64,000 nucleotides of DNA from the human T2T-CHM13v2.0 reference genome, Homo sapiens: assembly GCF_009914755.1 (NCBI RefSeq), contig NC_060934.1. One strand, 5' to 3'. Below, one piece after another: positions 30,755 through 48,975 of this stretch. The first letter of the stretch is position 1; every line of letters starts with the position of its first letter. Under the pieces are notes generated by a model, which worked only from the letters and a program-made list of their open reading frames with translations, ran no database searches and had not been told where the DNA came from. A program made the translations under genes and the position numbers.

Positions 30755-30791
<37 letters not shown>
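30571..30791 (+). repeat. Compound polypyrimidine microsatellite (TTTC/CCCT/CCTT)n ending in (CCTG)9
   Basis: Direct reading; nine perfect CCTG units at 30756-30791. Confidence 0.95.
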
Positions 30792-30792
<1 letters not shown>

Positions 30793-32793
30793 ATTGAATG
30801 GCCATTCTCTGTCAGGCCTGTGTTAGGCACTGGGGATGCAGTGTGGACAAGACAGACACCATTCCTGCCCTCCTAGGGCTTGCAGTCGAGTAGGCGACAC
30901 CAAGCAATAAATAATTACAAATTGTCCTAAGTGAGTTGAAGAAAAAGTATAGGGAGCTCTGAACATATAATAGATAGACTTGGTCTTATAGGTAAAGAGA
31001 CTCTCCCTTGCCAAGTGGTATTTGAGCTGAATCCTAAAGAACGGTGAGAAGGAGTTCATCAGAGGAAGAGCTTCCCAGGAGACAGGAACAGACATGCAAA
31101 GGCCCTGAGGAAGGAGGGCCAGCATGGGTGCCATGCTGGGCTCCTGGGCTGTGTGACATCCAGGAGGGAAAGTGCCACCTCTGCCAGCCACCCTCCTGTT
31201 TTCCCCCAGTGACTCTCAACATCGTCTGGGCAGGTCAGTTCAGTAGCATGTACTGAGTACCAGGGCTCGGCAGATAGACATGGATATAAATGCAGTGCTG
31301 AACCTGCCCTCCAGGAACGAGAAAGAAGGAAGGGCCATGATGGAAATGATGATAAGAGGCAGCCTGGGGTACAGGCAAGGGAATCCAGAAAACATCTGTG
31401 GGTGAAAAGGGAAGGGAGAAATAGTCCCTGGGTGATCTGAGAAAACTTTTCTGAGAAAGTGGAATTTCAGCTCAGCCTTAAAGAAGGAGAAGGACCCTGC
31501 TAAGCAATTATGAAGGGAAGAGTGTTCCAGCTGAGGCAGGAGTTTGAGCTGAAAAAGAAAGGCAGAGAGGGAGCCGACACTGTGTCTGAACGCTGGGAAA
31601 GCCATTATCATAATGCTGCTTTTCTTCCAGCAAAATGGGGAGCTAGGCAGCCGAAGATATTTGTCAAACATAATTTTGTTTCCTTCAAATGCTAAAACTG
31701 TATATTTTAACCATTTTTGATGGTGATATTTCTAAAATGTTTTATACCCATTCCTGCCTTTCTTAACAAAGGATTCTAAATATAACTTAATCTTTTCTTG
31801 ATGACGCAGGATCATGATCATGAGAGTGTAGTTATTTTATGCTGTATTCCCTATTTTTTACATTTTTTTCTGTCCTCTGGCTGACAGCTGTTAGTTCTCT
31901 TTGAATCTGCCTCCAGCAAATCCCTGCCCCACCGTTCTCCACAAAATCACTCTTCCTGTGTATATCTCACTTACAGTTTCTGTTTCACTGATAAACTAAG
32001 TGAATACCATGTTGAGAATCATGTGCCTGATATGTAGTATACTTCAATCAATACTTGTTGGTTAAATGATTAGTTAGGTTTTGACTGTAAGCCTAGGGTA
32101 GGGAGTCAATGGAGAGACCTGGGACAGTTCTTTCTGGGACCATATTCAAAACAGTGGGAAGTCAGACCTCCAGATAATGGGTTGTTACTCTGCTATTTTT
32201 ACAGTGTTGCTTAGCAAGCCAAACCACCAACTGGCTTAGATTCTGGTGACGAACAACTATTTTTTCATGCCCTAGTGATGTTGGTTACCATGGTGCTCTG
32301 GATGACACAGTTGGCTTTTTTATAATTGCCTTTTAGTGGCTCAAGAATTTATTTTGTGATAAAGGTGTTGATTATTTCTGATAAAATAGAGCAGGATAAT
32401 TACTATAAAGTACAGCCTTTTTTTTAAGCTAGAGAAAGGGACAGTTTTGTTTTTCCAAATCAAGGCGGTTGCTGCAGGATTGGTAGAATAACATTTTTGT
32501 GTTTCTCTTCCTGATTTGGTAGGGAATGATTTCACTTGATTGTATAGTTAAAAACAACAACAACAACAACAAAAATCTAGTATGTGTCAAGGTAGCTGTT
32601 TCTCATCTCATTCCAAAGGAGGCTTTCAAATATTAAGATACAAAGATTAGGAGCTCAGAGCCCTTTATAAACACAAGAGGCTCTAACAGCACTGTTAAAA
32701 TTCTGGCATATATCATTGCAAAGAAGTATCCTGTAAAACCAAACTGTTTTGTAGCCCAGAACTGTTTAGACTTATAAAAGCATAAAATTTTAG

Positions 32794-33143
<350 letters not shown>

Positions 33144-33530
33144 CACGTCTTTTATGATTGAGAAAACTGAGGCACAGAAAGGACAAATACTAAAAAGAGA
33201 AATGATAATCCCTCGTAGTTGCAAAGGCGTTACGTTTATTTATTGGCAAATGTTTTTTAATGACCATATAAACAAATATCACAGCCATATAAACAAAATT
33301 TCCAGTTTAGTAATTCATTGTGTGCCCACCATAAATGTGAGGTCAGCAGTTTTTATCCTCATTTTGTATATGCAGCACCAGAGATCTAAAGACAGAAGTG
33401 TCCTGCTCAATGTTAGTGACAGAGGTGGAACCAGAACTCACATGTCTGACTTGCCACCTCAGACCATGGAGCCATGGACACAGACAGAGGGTCCCAGAGG
33501 CCTGAACTCAGATCCCAGCACCTTCGTTGA

Positions 33531-34263
<733 letters not shown>

Positions 34264-36814
34264 TTACTCTGAAGGCTGAAGACAATTCCAGTATAGCCCT
34301 AAAGAGACTCCACCATTTGCCTCTTACCTCCCTGATCTAGTTAAATTAATTGTATACAGTTAGTCATCTTGTATAACAAGTCCTTTCTCTCTCTGATCCA
34401 GCCCATGTAAAACTGTATATAATAAGAAAACAAAATTGAAAGCTGTTTACTTTGGGTAGGGCCCAGGGGATGAAAATTGGACCGTAGGAGGTTCCTTCCA
34501 TTTCTTTTACCCTGTTATCAGTTAGAATTCAGTTTCCTCCCCCATCACTCTGCTCTTCCTCAGACATCTCAGGCAAATAAAAAAACCTGACCATTTAAAC
34601 AAATAACACAGCAATATAAACAAAACTCCTCAAAGCTCCAAGCAGTCTACTAAAATAAAATATCAGGCTAAACATAAGAAGGCTTGGATTTGAAGGCGAA
34701 GTGTAGCAAGGAGGTGGAATTGTGACTCCTTTCCCCTTCCCAGTTCAAAGCCGTTCTCCTCCCTTGCTAATCACTAGGGAGGTGCCGGGCATTAGCTCAG
34801 CATGCCTTCCTGCAGCCTCCAGGCATTTACAGAATATGTGCCCATTGCTCTTAACACGTCAGAGACAGTAAACCTGAGATTTGGCCTGGAATGTGGAGTC
34901 TGCATTGTGTTGGAAAGAGCACAAGGTCAAGAGGCAGACAGACCTGGGGTTGTTCCTGGCTCCATCACATACTAATATTGTCCTTGGATAAGTCATTTTA
35001 TTTTTCCAAGTCTCAGTTTCCTTATCTACATATTAGTAATAACAACCCCCCTTTTGCAGAGATATTATGAAGACCAGAGGTAACATATGCACCCAATGTA
35101 CAGTAGGTATTACAGAAACTACTGTGGCAAAAACTAGGAAATGGAGTCTCAGGATTCAGCTTGGTTTACATCAAAAATGATATGGAGAACACTGACGAAT
35201 CTGTAGGCTGTCTTCAGCTGCAATGAAAACCTTCAAAAGCGTGGATTTTAAGATCATCTCAGGTATCTAGCTTACTTCAAACAGTGCCCCTGAGAGTCCA
35301 CATATCTCTCTTCTCCCAGGGACTAGCCTAGCTTGACCACACTCCCTGGCTGGCCCAGAACTAAGTGATGACTAAAGTTGGCCCTGTTTGCCTTTCAATG
35401 TATCCTCCTCATATCTGAGGTTGGTTTGTGACCTGAGAATGACACCATCTGCCAAAGCATAGCCAAATCACTCTGGGTCACCATGGTGATTTTTAAGCAG
35501 GGGATTCTGGGTATGGTTAGGCTGAACCCAGAGAGAGAGAGTCAAACTGACCACCCAGGCAGTCTCCAAGACCAGTTCTGTATCTGAGAGGTCTGAGCTT
35601 AATGTATCCAGACTTTTCTAGTTGGGTCTTGAAGCTTTCCAGAAATCCTAACCAGGGCTCAATTTTGGCTTCACCATTTATTGGCGGAGTATTCTTGGAA
35701 CGGTTATTTTATTTTTGTTTTCTTTTATATTTTTTAATTTAAAAAAATTTTTTTAAGAGATGGGGGTCTTACCATGTTGCCCAGGGTGGTGTCGAACTCA
35801 TGGCCTCAAGCGATCCTCCCGCTTCAGCTTCCCAAAGTGCTGGGATTATGAGCCACCACCCTTGATTCTGCATTGCCTCTGGACCAGCTATTTTATGAAC
35901 AATACGTTTTGACATAGTAGTGGGAAAGAAGGCAAAAAAAATACCAAAAAATCATAGGAGCCTTTAATGCAAGGAAGAAGAGTTCAGAAATGATCCTGCT
36001 TAGTCTTAAATGATCCTCCTACATGTGATTGAGATGGGGAGTAACCTCACAAATGCAGTATTTCGGGGATCGTTAATCCGGTTTTAGTGTACAAGATGTA
36101 TTAGGGCTAGAAAAACCAAAAGGATGAATGGTTAGGATATTGGTGCAGTTGTCCAAGATGGGATGAGGGCATAGAAATTAAGGACACTTTGAATTAGAGG
36201 AGGAAAAAAATCTCTTAGACTTCATTACATGTGAACACTCCTCCTCAGTCTCCTTTACTGGTTCTGCCTACATCATATCCACAGATGTATCTTCAGCACC
36301 TGGCACAGTGCCTACCCATAGCAGATGCTCAAATATTTGTCCCATGAATGTTGCATTTCTATGACCTCTAAATGTTACAGTGCCTCAGGGCTCAGAAATT
36401 GATCTCTTCTCTGTCTACTCTCATTCCCTCGATTATTTCATTCATTCTCCCAAACTTATCAACATGAACTCCAGACTTACATTTCTAATTGCCACTGAAC
36501 ATCTCCACTTAGAAGTCTAAAATACATCTCAAACTTAAACCTGCCCAAAACTGAGCTCCTACTCTTTTTGCCAAACACACTCCTTAAGTGATCCTCCCAC
36601 CTCAGCCTCCTTAGTAGCTGGGATTACAGGCGTGAGCCACCATGCCCAGCTAATATTTTTAATTTTTTATAGAAATGGGCTTTCACTATGTTGTCTAGGC
36701 TGATCTTGGAACTCCTGGGCTCAAGCAATCCTCCTGCCTCAGCCTCCCAAAGTGCTGGGATTACAGGCGTGAGCCACTGCACTCGGCCTTATGTCTATTC
36801 TTAACACAGCAGTT

Positions 36815-37083
36815 TAGCAAATGAACGCAGAAACAGAAAACCAAATACCGCATGCTCTCACTTATGAGTGGGAGCTAAATAATGAGAACATGTGGACACA
36901 AAGAGGGCAACAGCAGGCACTGGAGGAGGGAGAGGATTAGAAAAAAATACCTATTGGGTACTATGCTTAGTACCTGGGTGATGAAATAATCTGTATACCA
37001 AACCTCTGTGACACGAATTTACCTAGATAACAAACCTGCACATATACCCCGAACCTAAAATAAAAGTTAAAAGAAAAAAAAAA
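36815..37083 (+). mobile_element. L1PA 3' end fragment
   Basis: gaaacagaaaaccaaataccgcatgctctcacttatgagtgggagcta...aacaaacctgcacatataccccgaacctaaaataaaag(A)n. Confidence 0.88.
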
Positions 37084-37117
37084 CACAGCAGCTAGAGTTC
37101 CTTTTAAAATATAAGTC

Positions 37118-37427
37118 AGCCAGGCACGGTGGCTCACACCTGTAATACCAGCACTTTGGGAGGCGGAGGCAGGTGGATCACGAGGTCAGGAGTTCAAGAC
37201 TAACCTGGCCAAGATGGTGAAACCCCATCTCTACTAAAAATACAAAAAAATTAGACTGGCATGGTGGCAGGCACCTGTAATCTTAGCTACTTGGGAGGCT
37301 GAGGCAGAGAATCGCTTGAACCCGGGAGGCGGAGGTTGCAGTGAGCCAAGATCACACCACTGCACTCCAGCCTGGGGGACAGAGCAAGATTCTGTCTCAA
37401 AAAACAAAACAAAACAAAAACAAAAAC
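37118..37427 (+). mobile_element. Alu
   Basis: Full dimer; TSD aaaa(t/c)ataagtcag. Confidence 0.95.
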
Positions 37428-37454
37428 ATAAGTCAGATCATGTCACCTTTTTGC

Positions 37455-37456
<2 letters not shown>

Positions 37457-37500
<44 letters not shown>
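37457..37500 (+). repeat. (CA)22 microsatellite
   Basis: Perfect dinucleotide run. Confidence 0.95.
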
Positions 37501-37502
<2 letters not shown>

Positions 37503-37894
37503 TGTTGCAATGGCTTGTTTTTATGTCACTGAGAGTAAGACCCAAAGTCCTTACAAAGGCCTTCCTGGCTCTATCACATTGGCACCTCCCCTACCCCTCA
37601 ACTCCCTGACCTTGGCTCCCACTACTTTCCTCTCCCACGTTCTACAGCCACCGCATTGGCCTCCTTGCCATTCCTTAAGCACATCAGTTACACTCCCAAT
37701 GCATGACCTTTACACCCTGTTCTACTGCAGAGATCTCCACAGGGCTCCCTACCTCACCGCCTTCAGGGCTTTATTGAAACATCACCTCAGGGAGTTCATC
37801 CCCGTCTCCCTTCCCTAAAATTGTAACACCTGTTCTCTCACTCCCACACACTCCCTCATCACTATTCCCTGCTTCGCTTTCCCCTTAGCAGTGT

Positions 37895-37921
37895 GCTATA
37901 TATATATTTTTATATATATGA

Positions 37922-37956
<35 letters not shown>

Positions 37957-38250
37957 TTTTTTTTTTTGAGACAACATCTCACTGTCACCCAGGCTGGTGT
38001 GCATTGGTGCAATCATTGCTAGCTGCAGACTCTAATTCCTAGGCTCAAACAATCCTCCTGCCTCAGCCTTCCAAGCAGCTGGGACTACAGGCATGCACCA
38101 CCCCACCTGGCTAAATTTTTTAAAATTTTTTGTAAAGATGAAGTTTTGATTCATTGCCCAGGCTGGTCACAAACCCCTGGGCCCAAGCAGTCCTCCTGCC
38201 TCAGCCTCCCAAAGTGTTGGGATAATGGGCTTAAGCCACGGCGCCCAGCC
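37895..38250 (-). mobile_element. AluJ-like element with a (TA)n/(TG)n compound tail
   Basis: TA/TG microsatellite abutting poly-T and a diverged reverse Alu. Confidence 0.9.
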
Positions 38251-38674
38251 TTATGCTATATATTTTAGATATGTATTTGCTTTATTATCTCTTACCTCTA
38301 CTTACAAGAGTGTAAGCTGCCGGAGGAAAATGATTTTGTGCATTGTGCTCATTGCTGCATTTCAAGTGCCTAGAAGAGTGCTCGGCATGTAGCAGTCATT
38401 CAGTAAGTACTTGTTAAAAGAATAAAGGAAGAAGAATTGAAAGAATGTGGGGATTTTTTTCTAAATTGACATAAAGGAAAGATAAAAGATGACTCTTGGG
38501 TTATGACTTAGGGTAACTAGAGTTAATGGTATCATTTACTGTAGTGAAGACGGAGGAAGAGCAGGGGCAATGTGTCTTGAAGATTAGGAGTTCCTATTTG
38601 GGTAAGTGATTTTGACAAGAGGACAGCTCAGGCAAAATATCTAAAACAGGAAGGGTGTTCAAAATAGACATCGA

Positions 38675-39022
<348 letters not shown>

Positions 39023-39109
39023 TCAGTAAAGAGGTGATTGTGATATTTAAATTAATAGGCTTTGCTGGGATCTTTAATCAGCAAGAGAGATGAGCGGAAG
39101 ATCAAAGAC

Positions 39110-40055
<946 letters not shown>

Positions 40056-40539
40056 ATTTCCATTGGTACCAAGTGACCAAGACCAAGGTAAGAAAGAGGA
40101 GACACTCAATGCTGTCTACCAAATGAATAAAAGATGCTGCAAGCACACCTGGAAGAAGAACGTAGCAAAAGCCACTATATTTTATAAGGTGAAGGTCACA
40201 AGTGAGGCAGAAACCATAAAACCATAAAACGATTTTGCTTAGTTCTCTATTTCCAAGCAATATGCTTTCCTCCTAGCTTTTTATTTTATCTTGGGAACAG
40301 TTACCAAAGTGCTGTAGCTATTTTTGAAGAAGAGAGGAAGCAAATCAATTATTTGCCTTTTTGTTCCCCTAAGGCATCAGAGGTATGCTAATGGAGTCCT
40401 TGAGAGCTCTTATCTATGGATGTGCCTAAACCATGTAGAATAGATGAGGCTATATTTATTAAAGACTTTGGAGGCTATTTTAGCTTCTTCAGATACCAAA
40501 ATACAGTTGTGATGTTGCTGCCACTGCCTTTCTGTATAT

Positions 40540-40722
40540 TTTTACATTTTTTTAAATTTCAGGTTCCGGGGTATATGTGCAGGATGTGTAGGTTTGTTAC
40601 ATAGGTAAACGTGTGCCATGATGGTTTGCTGCACCTATCAACCCATCACCTAGGTATTAAGCCCAGCATACATTAGCTATTTTTCCTAATGTTCTCCCTC
40701 CCCCAACCCCACCCCCCTAATA
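40540..40722 (-). mobile_element. L1PA 3' end fragment
   Basis: atgtgcaggatgtgtaggtttgttacataggtaaacgtgtgccatgatggtttgctgcacc. Confidence 0.88.
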
Positions 40723-40724
40723 GG

Positions 40725-40941
40725 CCAGGGCTTTCGACCTCAATAGTATTGATGTTTGGGGCCAGGTAATTCTTTGCGGAGGGGACTGTCCTGTGCATTG
40801 AAGGATGTTTAGCTTCATCCCTGTCTTCTACCCACCAAATGCCAGTAGCATTCCCTGCCCCAAGTTGTGACAACCAGATTGTCTCCATACATGGCCAAAT
40901 GTCCCCTGGGGGGCAAAATCACCTCCATTTGAGAACCACTG
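40725..40941 (+). mobile_element. MER20 hAT-Charlie element
   Basis: ggggactgtcctgtgcattg...gttgtgacaacc...ccaaatgtcccctggggggcaaaatcacc...gagaaccactg. Confidence 0.88.
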
Positions 40942-41859
40942 CTTTAAAAGCAATGCCTGAAAACCTCATCTTCTAAGAAATCTGACTTGTAGTTTGGGTA
41001 TGTCGATACGAGGTAGTGATGATAACACCTTAGGTAGAACACTGCCAGTAACCAGTACTAGGACTGCCCTTTGGATTCTTGGGGCAATGGAAAACACTAA
41101 TTTGACCTTCAGTAATGGGTAATTTTACTGACCTCAAATGTGCCAAGAGCCTAATAGGTAATGTGGTATCTCAAGCATGTCTCAGAGGAGATTAGTACAG
41201 AAGCCACAAAGAGACCCTTTCCCAAACCCAGCGTTGAATAGTCAATTACTACTTTTTGCCCACTTTACCACATATGCCACATATGCCACTTTACCACATA
41301 TGCCATTAGGAAGTAAAGGTAGAAATGGTAAACAGGTAGAGAGGAGAAATAATGTGTGTTAGATACAAGCATTTGCCCAGAGAAAGATGGGAATGCTTGG
41401 GATATTTGAGCGCCCACTGCCCCAGTTGGACCCAGTTTAGGAGTTGTAAATATTCACAAGTCATCCCTGAGAGTTGATGAGGTTTCTGAAAGATGTGAAC
41501 CAGGCCAACAGCTCTTTGTTCTCATATTTTCCCTCTCCTGCCTGTGATAAAGCCCTCATCCCTGTTCACCATTTCCGCCTGCACAAAACTCATAATACGG
41601 TGCCTTCTCCCCTATTTCTTGTCTCCCAGTGGCCTCACCTGTGGCAGACCGTTTTTACTCTCCACACATCCTAGAGCACAAAATGATCATGTGTGCTGGA
41701 AGTTATTACCCAAGTCCAAACCAGCATTCCTCTCATTTCAACCCATTCTCTTTACGAAGCAGTCCCTACTTTTACTCAACTTGTGTTGCAGGTTGTAACT
41801 TTCAGCCACACCAACTTCCTGCTCATTCAGGCATGGATTATTATTTTTTTCAATTGGCT

Positions 41860-43140
41860 TTCTTTTTAAAAAATAATAGCTTCATTGAGATAGGATTCAC
41901 GTACCATAAAACTCATCCTTTTAAAGTGCACACTTAATGCATTTTTGTATATTCAGAGTTGTGCAGGCATCCCTACTAATCTAATTCCAGAACACTTCAT
42001 CACCCCAAAAGAAACTCTGTACTCACTTAGCCATGCCCCACACTCTCCTTTCCCCAGCTTCTGGCAACCATGATCTACTTCTTCCCCTGTAGATTGGTCT
42101 ATTCTGGAAATTTTACATAAATGGAATCATACAGCATATGGCCTTTTGTGTCTGGCTTCTCTCACTTAGCATAATGCTTTCAAGGGTCATCCATGTTGTA
42201 GGGTGCACTTCATTCCTTTTGATGGCAGGTTAATATCCAATTGTATTGATATAACACATTTTGTTTGGAAACATGTACAAGTTTTTGTGTGGACATATGT
42301 TTTCATTTCTCTAAAAGTAGAATTGTCGGGTCATTTGATAATTTTGTGTTTAACATTTTGAGGAACCACCAGACTATTTTTCAATCCCACCAGCAATGTC
42401 TGAGAGGTTCAATTTTTTCTGCATCCTAACCAACATTTGTTATTATCTGTCTTTTTTATTATTGCCATCTTGTGGGTATAAAGTATCTCATTAGCATCTT
42501 GATTTGAATTTCCTTCATGATGACAATGTTAAGCATCTTTTCATTTGCTTATTAACCAATTGTATATCTTCTTTGGAGAAATATCTGTTCAAATCTTTTG
42601 CTCACTTTTTAATTGAGTTGGTTTTTTATGTGTTGTAATATTTCATTATATATTCTGGATATAAGTCTTTTATCTAATGATTTGCAAATATTTTCTCCCA
42701 TTCTGTGAATTGTCTTTTACCTTTCTTGGTGGTGTACTTTGCACAGATGTTTCTAATTTTGGTGAAGTCCATTTGATCTATTTTTTTAATTTGATTGTGT
42801 TTTGGGTGTCCTAAGAAATCAATCTCTAAGGTTTTCTCCTATGTTTTTTTCTAAGAGTTTTATAGTTTTTACTCTTATATGTAGGTGCTTGATCCATTTT
42901 TAGTTCACTTTTATGTATAGTATGAGGTAGGCATCCAACTTCACTTTTTTGCATGTGGATATCCAGTTACCAGCTACTATTTGTTGACTTCTCAATGTTA
43001 AGCATCTTTTCATGTGCATTGACCAATTATTTATCTTCCTTGGAGAAATATCTAATCAAATCTTTTGCCCACTTTTGGAGTTGTCTTCTTAAGAGTTGTA
43101 AGATTTTGATTTGTATTTCCTTACTGATGATATGCCAGGT
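41860..43140 (-). mobile_element. L1MB/ME fragment
   Basis: attctggaaattttacataaatggaatcatacag, ctggcttctctcacttagcataatg, atatcttctttggagaaatatctgttcaaatcttttgc motifs. Confidence 0.85.
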
Positions 43141-45093
43141 GCTATTCTAGATTCTGAGGAAACAGAAGTAAATAGGATGTAGCATACCTGTTGCCTCTCA
43201 GGGAGATTACCCTCACGGGTGGGGGTGGGGATCACATATAAATAGAAAACAACCAAGGTCAAATAATGTGTGTGCAATGCCTGACACTGTGCCTGGCCCC
43301 TAGAGTGTGCATAGCAACAGGTAGCTTCAATAATAATAATAACAGCTATTATTGTTATTATAAATGCCAATACAGAGATGTGTACAAAGTGCTGTGGCAG
43401 GAGGGAGTGACTTGTGCTTGTCTCAAGATTGGCTTCACATAGGGCCACCCCCAGCACCTCTAGGGCCCAGGAAGGGAGTAAGGGAGGTGCAGGCATAGGG
43501 CTCTTCAAGACCAACCTTTCATGAGTGTGTGTGGTATGTGTGACATGGAAACAGCTGGTTTTCTTGTCTCTGTGAGTGTCAACTCGGAATAAGGATTGTG
43601 ATTGACAATTCCCATCCCAGTCTGTACTTAAGAAGAAATGGCTTCCTTCATTTGTGTGTAGCAGATCTCAACAGGCTTTGGAGGGAAGCTCAGAGGCTGA
43701 GAGTAAATTATAAAATGTTTCTAAATAGCTTACCTAGGTACATTATCTTAAATATTATATAATTAGGGCTTAAAATCTCTATTCCTTGGTGATAACATAG
43801 TGTGTCCTCAAACTGAACTTTCAAAGTGTAGAGTAATGGTGGTTTTTTAATGTGGAAATTATAGTACTCTTTGTAAAATATCAAAAACTGTTAATTTAAT
43901 TTCATCATATGAATAAATTATGTTAGTGGTAGGGAGTATGGCTGTATTATATGTATTCTAGGGTTCACATTACCAAAAAATATCCAATTATAGGAAGCAA
44001 TTTTAAGAAATCACTTTTCCAAGGCTTTTCGTTACACTAGTTATTTGTTTTGTCATCTGCTAGCACATATTAGCAGAAAAGTGAGAATAGGTGCCATAAG
44101 TTAAGAAAAATGTGTTAGAAATGAAAAACTTTAAATTGAGCACATTCTAACAATTAATATAATCTAATTTAAGCTACAAAGTACTTTGGCCAAACTGGGT
44201 AGGATGTAGTTGTTTCCAAGAAGGATAATTTTAGAACCACTGATGCAAGGTTTAAATTTTAATTTAAACATACTGTTATATTTTATCAAAAAATAAAGGC
44301 TTTCTTTAGTATCTGGTTTTAATATCACCTATTGTATAAATTATGAGTTTTTATTCAGTCTTCAGTTCATCAGGCACTGATTGGCTGTCTGATATATGGA
44401 GGGAACTTTATTTAAGTATATGATCCTTTGTCCTAAAGTAGTTCATGATCTGAGGAGGAAATGCTGTCTAGTGTAGGACACATACATTGCTAGTTACAAG
44501 AAGTAGCAATTTGTGATAAATGCTGTAATAGAGAGGTTGGTTCAGATTCAGAGTCGGGTAGATCTGGGGGAGCTTTCTTGGAGAGCTGGTACCTGGGCTA
44601 GAGCTCAAAGTTGGGGGTAGGGGAGATGGCAGCAATGGGGAAGAGAAATCAAGGAAATGGTGGTAACCTGGTATGCCTGAAGTATAGAATGAGTAGGGGA
44701 CGTAGCAGGGCATACAGTTAGACAGGGAAGAGCCACATTGTGGAATCTTGATGATATTACACCAAACTAATGAGCCTGGACTTGATTCTGTAAGCAGTAG
44801 GTAGCCATAGTGTTTTTGAGGAGAGTTGTAACATGATCAGATCAGTACAGAAGGAGGCTGAAGGTTAGGTTGAAGGTGGGGAAAAAATTAGAGACCATTC
44901 TTGGGTGATACAAATGCCGTCTTTCCGATTTCGTTTCACTTTAAAAACTCCAAGGGGTAGCTATCTTATGATTTCAGATATTTGATACAGAAGTTCATTT
45001 ACATTTTAATGGTTAATTATGCCTCCCACTAACTGATGACTCCTCTTGACTGATATTTTTTAGCAATGGCCAAGCAAGAGTTTATAAAGGGTA

Positions 45094-45338
45094 AAACACT
45101 GCATGTTCTCACTCATAGGTGGGAATTGAACAATGAGAACACACGGACACAGGAAGGGGAACATCACACACTGGGGCCTGTTGTGGGGTGGGGGGAGGGG
45201 GGAAGGATAGCATTAGGAGATATACCTAATGTTAAATGACGAGTTACTGGATGCAGCACACAACATGGCACATGTATACATATGTAACTAACCTGCACGT
45301 TGTGCACATGTACCCTAAAACTTAAAGTATAATAAAAA
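45094..45338 (+). mobile_element. 5'-truncated young L1PA insertion with perfect 18-bp TSD
   Basis: gcatgttctcactcataggtgggaattgaacaatgagaac...taccctaaaacttaaagtataataa(A)n; TSD aagagtttataaagggta at 45076-45093 and 45339-45356. Confidence 0.93.
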
Positions 45339-45894
45339 AAGAGTTTATAAAGGGTACTAATAAAGCATGAACTTGCTTTTTATTGTTTTCCATAATAACA
45401 TCTGAATCAGTACCCCAGATTTTCTCCTTAAATGTCTCTGAGCCAAGGGAAAGAACCAACCAGATTTTTATTTTAGAAAAAGGACCAGGAAATGTGTCTA
45501 TACCGCAGAAGAAAACAAACCAATATGAAGCAGGACTATTAGACAAAACTTCAGTCCCAGGTTAGTACTGAACTTAGTTACCTGGTTTGCAATCCAGCTT
45601 TGCTCTTATAGGCTGTGTAACTTCAGGCATGCTACTTAACCAATCTGTGCCTCAGTTCTGTTATCTGTAAAATGTGGAGAATAGCACTTACCTCAGTGGT
45701 TTTTATGAGAATTAAATAGATAAATTTAGAGTTCTCTGGCACATAGTAAGACCTGAATAAATGGAAACTATTATTATTCAGTCATCGCGCAATAAAAATG
45801 AAGTCTATGAAATCTCTGCCTGTGACACATTGTAGTTTATAGTCTTTTCACATATTCACTAGGTCATTTGAGCTCCACAGTCACCTTATAGGTA

Positions 45895-46975
<1,081 letters not shown>

Positions 46976-47299
46976 CTGGCATTATTTCCTGATTCTAGAT
47001 GAGAGATGGTAATTCAGTGGAGATTAAATGATTTGTCAAGGAATAGTAACTGGGATAGTTAGTGGGGAAGGGGGCTTAGGGGAGGAGAATGACTTTTACC
47101 ATAATTCTGCCTCTAAATTCTTGCTCTTTCAATTAGTATATATTATATCAGCTAACATATACTTGCTAATATGTAAAAGTTCAAAGAAAAAAAACTAACT
47201 GGTTTTGAATATATTCAGTAACTTCCCTAAATAGAAACACAAATCTAGAAGAATAAGGTTTGCATTTATAAGCCCTTGCATTTATAAGCGCTTGCATAA

Positions 47300-47692
<393 letters not shown>

Positions 47693-48369
47693 TGATGTGT
47701 GTCAGCCACCTATGCCAGGTGCTGCTGTGGCAAGATACCCTAGTTGGAATCACTTCTGAGTCACTGGGAACATGCTAGCTAAGTGTTTATCAGGAGGGAA
47801 CCTTCAGGAACTGAGCCAAGACTATGAAAAGGAGACCTCCCAGCCTTTGGATAGAAACGGGACTACAGGAAACACAGTGTTCCCAGGACGGTGCCCAGAG
47901 GCCTCTCTGCCCTTGTTTCTGTCCCCTGTGTTCTTGTTTGGTTGCTTCATCCACCTAGATGCAGACCCCAACAGGGGTTCCACTCACATCAGAACATCGC
48001 AGTGAGCAGTGGAGACTGTCATGAGATTGCCTACTCACAGCCTAAGCCAAAAACTGAATACTCCTTCTTACAAACTTCCCTGTCCTCTTCTGCCTTTCAG
48101 CCCACCACCCTGGGTTTCTGTTCTCTCCCTGCCACCAGCATCCCTGCTCTTGTCTCTGCTTCCTTCTTTCTGGTCTGCTGCCCCTCCTAACTCCCTCACT
48201 CAGGAACAATACAGACTTTTCTATGCAGATGTGAGTACTTTGGGTTACTGAACCTTATCAAAGCTTTGCTTGCAAACATTACAAAGGCATGCTTTGTCTT
48301 TAGGATTGGAATGTTATCTAAGTCCATGGGAGTCCCTAGGCTGGGAAGTGTTTCCTCCTGAGAATTTCA

Positions 48370-48975
<606 letters not shown>

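Noticed and set aside
32270-32300. RFX X-box-like GTTACCATGGTGC in intron 1
   Set aside because: Only a partial motif match; cannot be supported without chromatin or conservation data.
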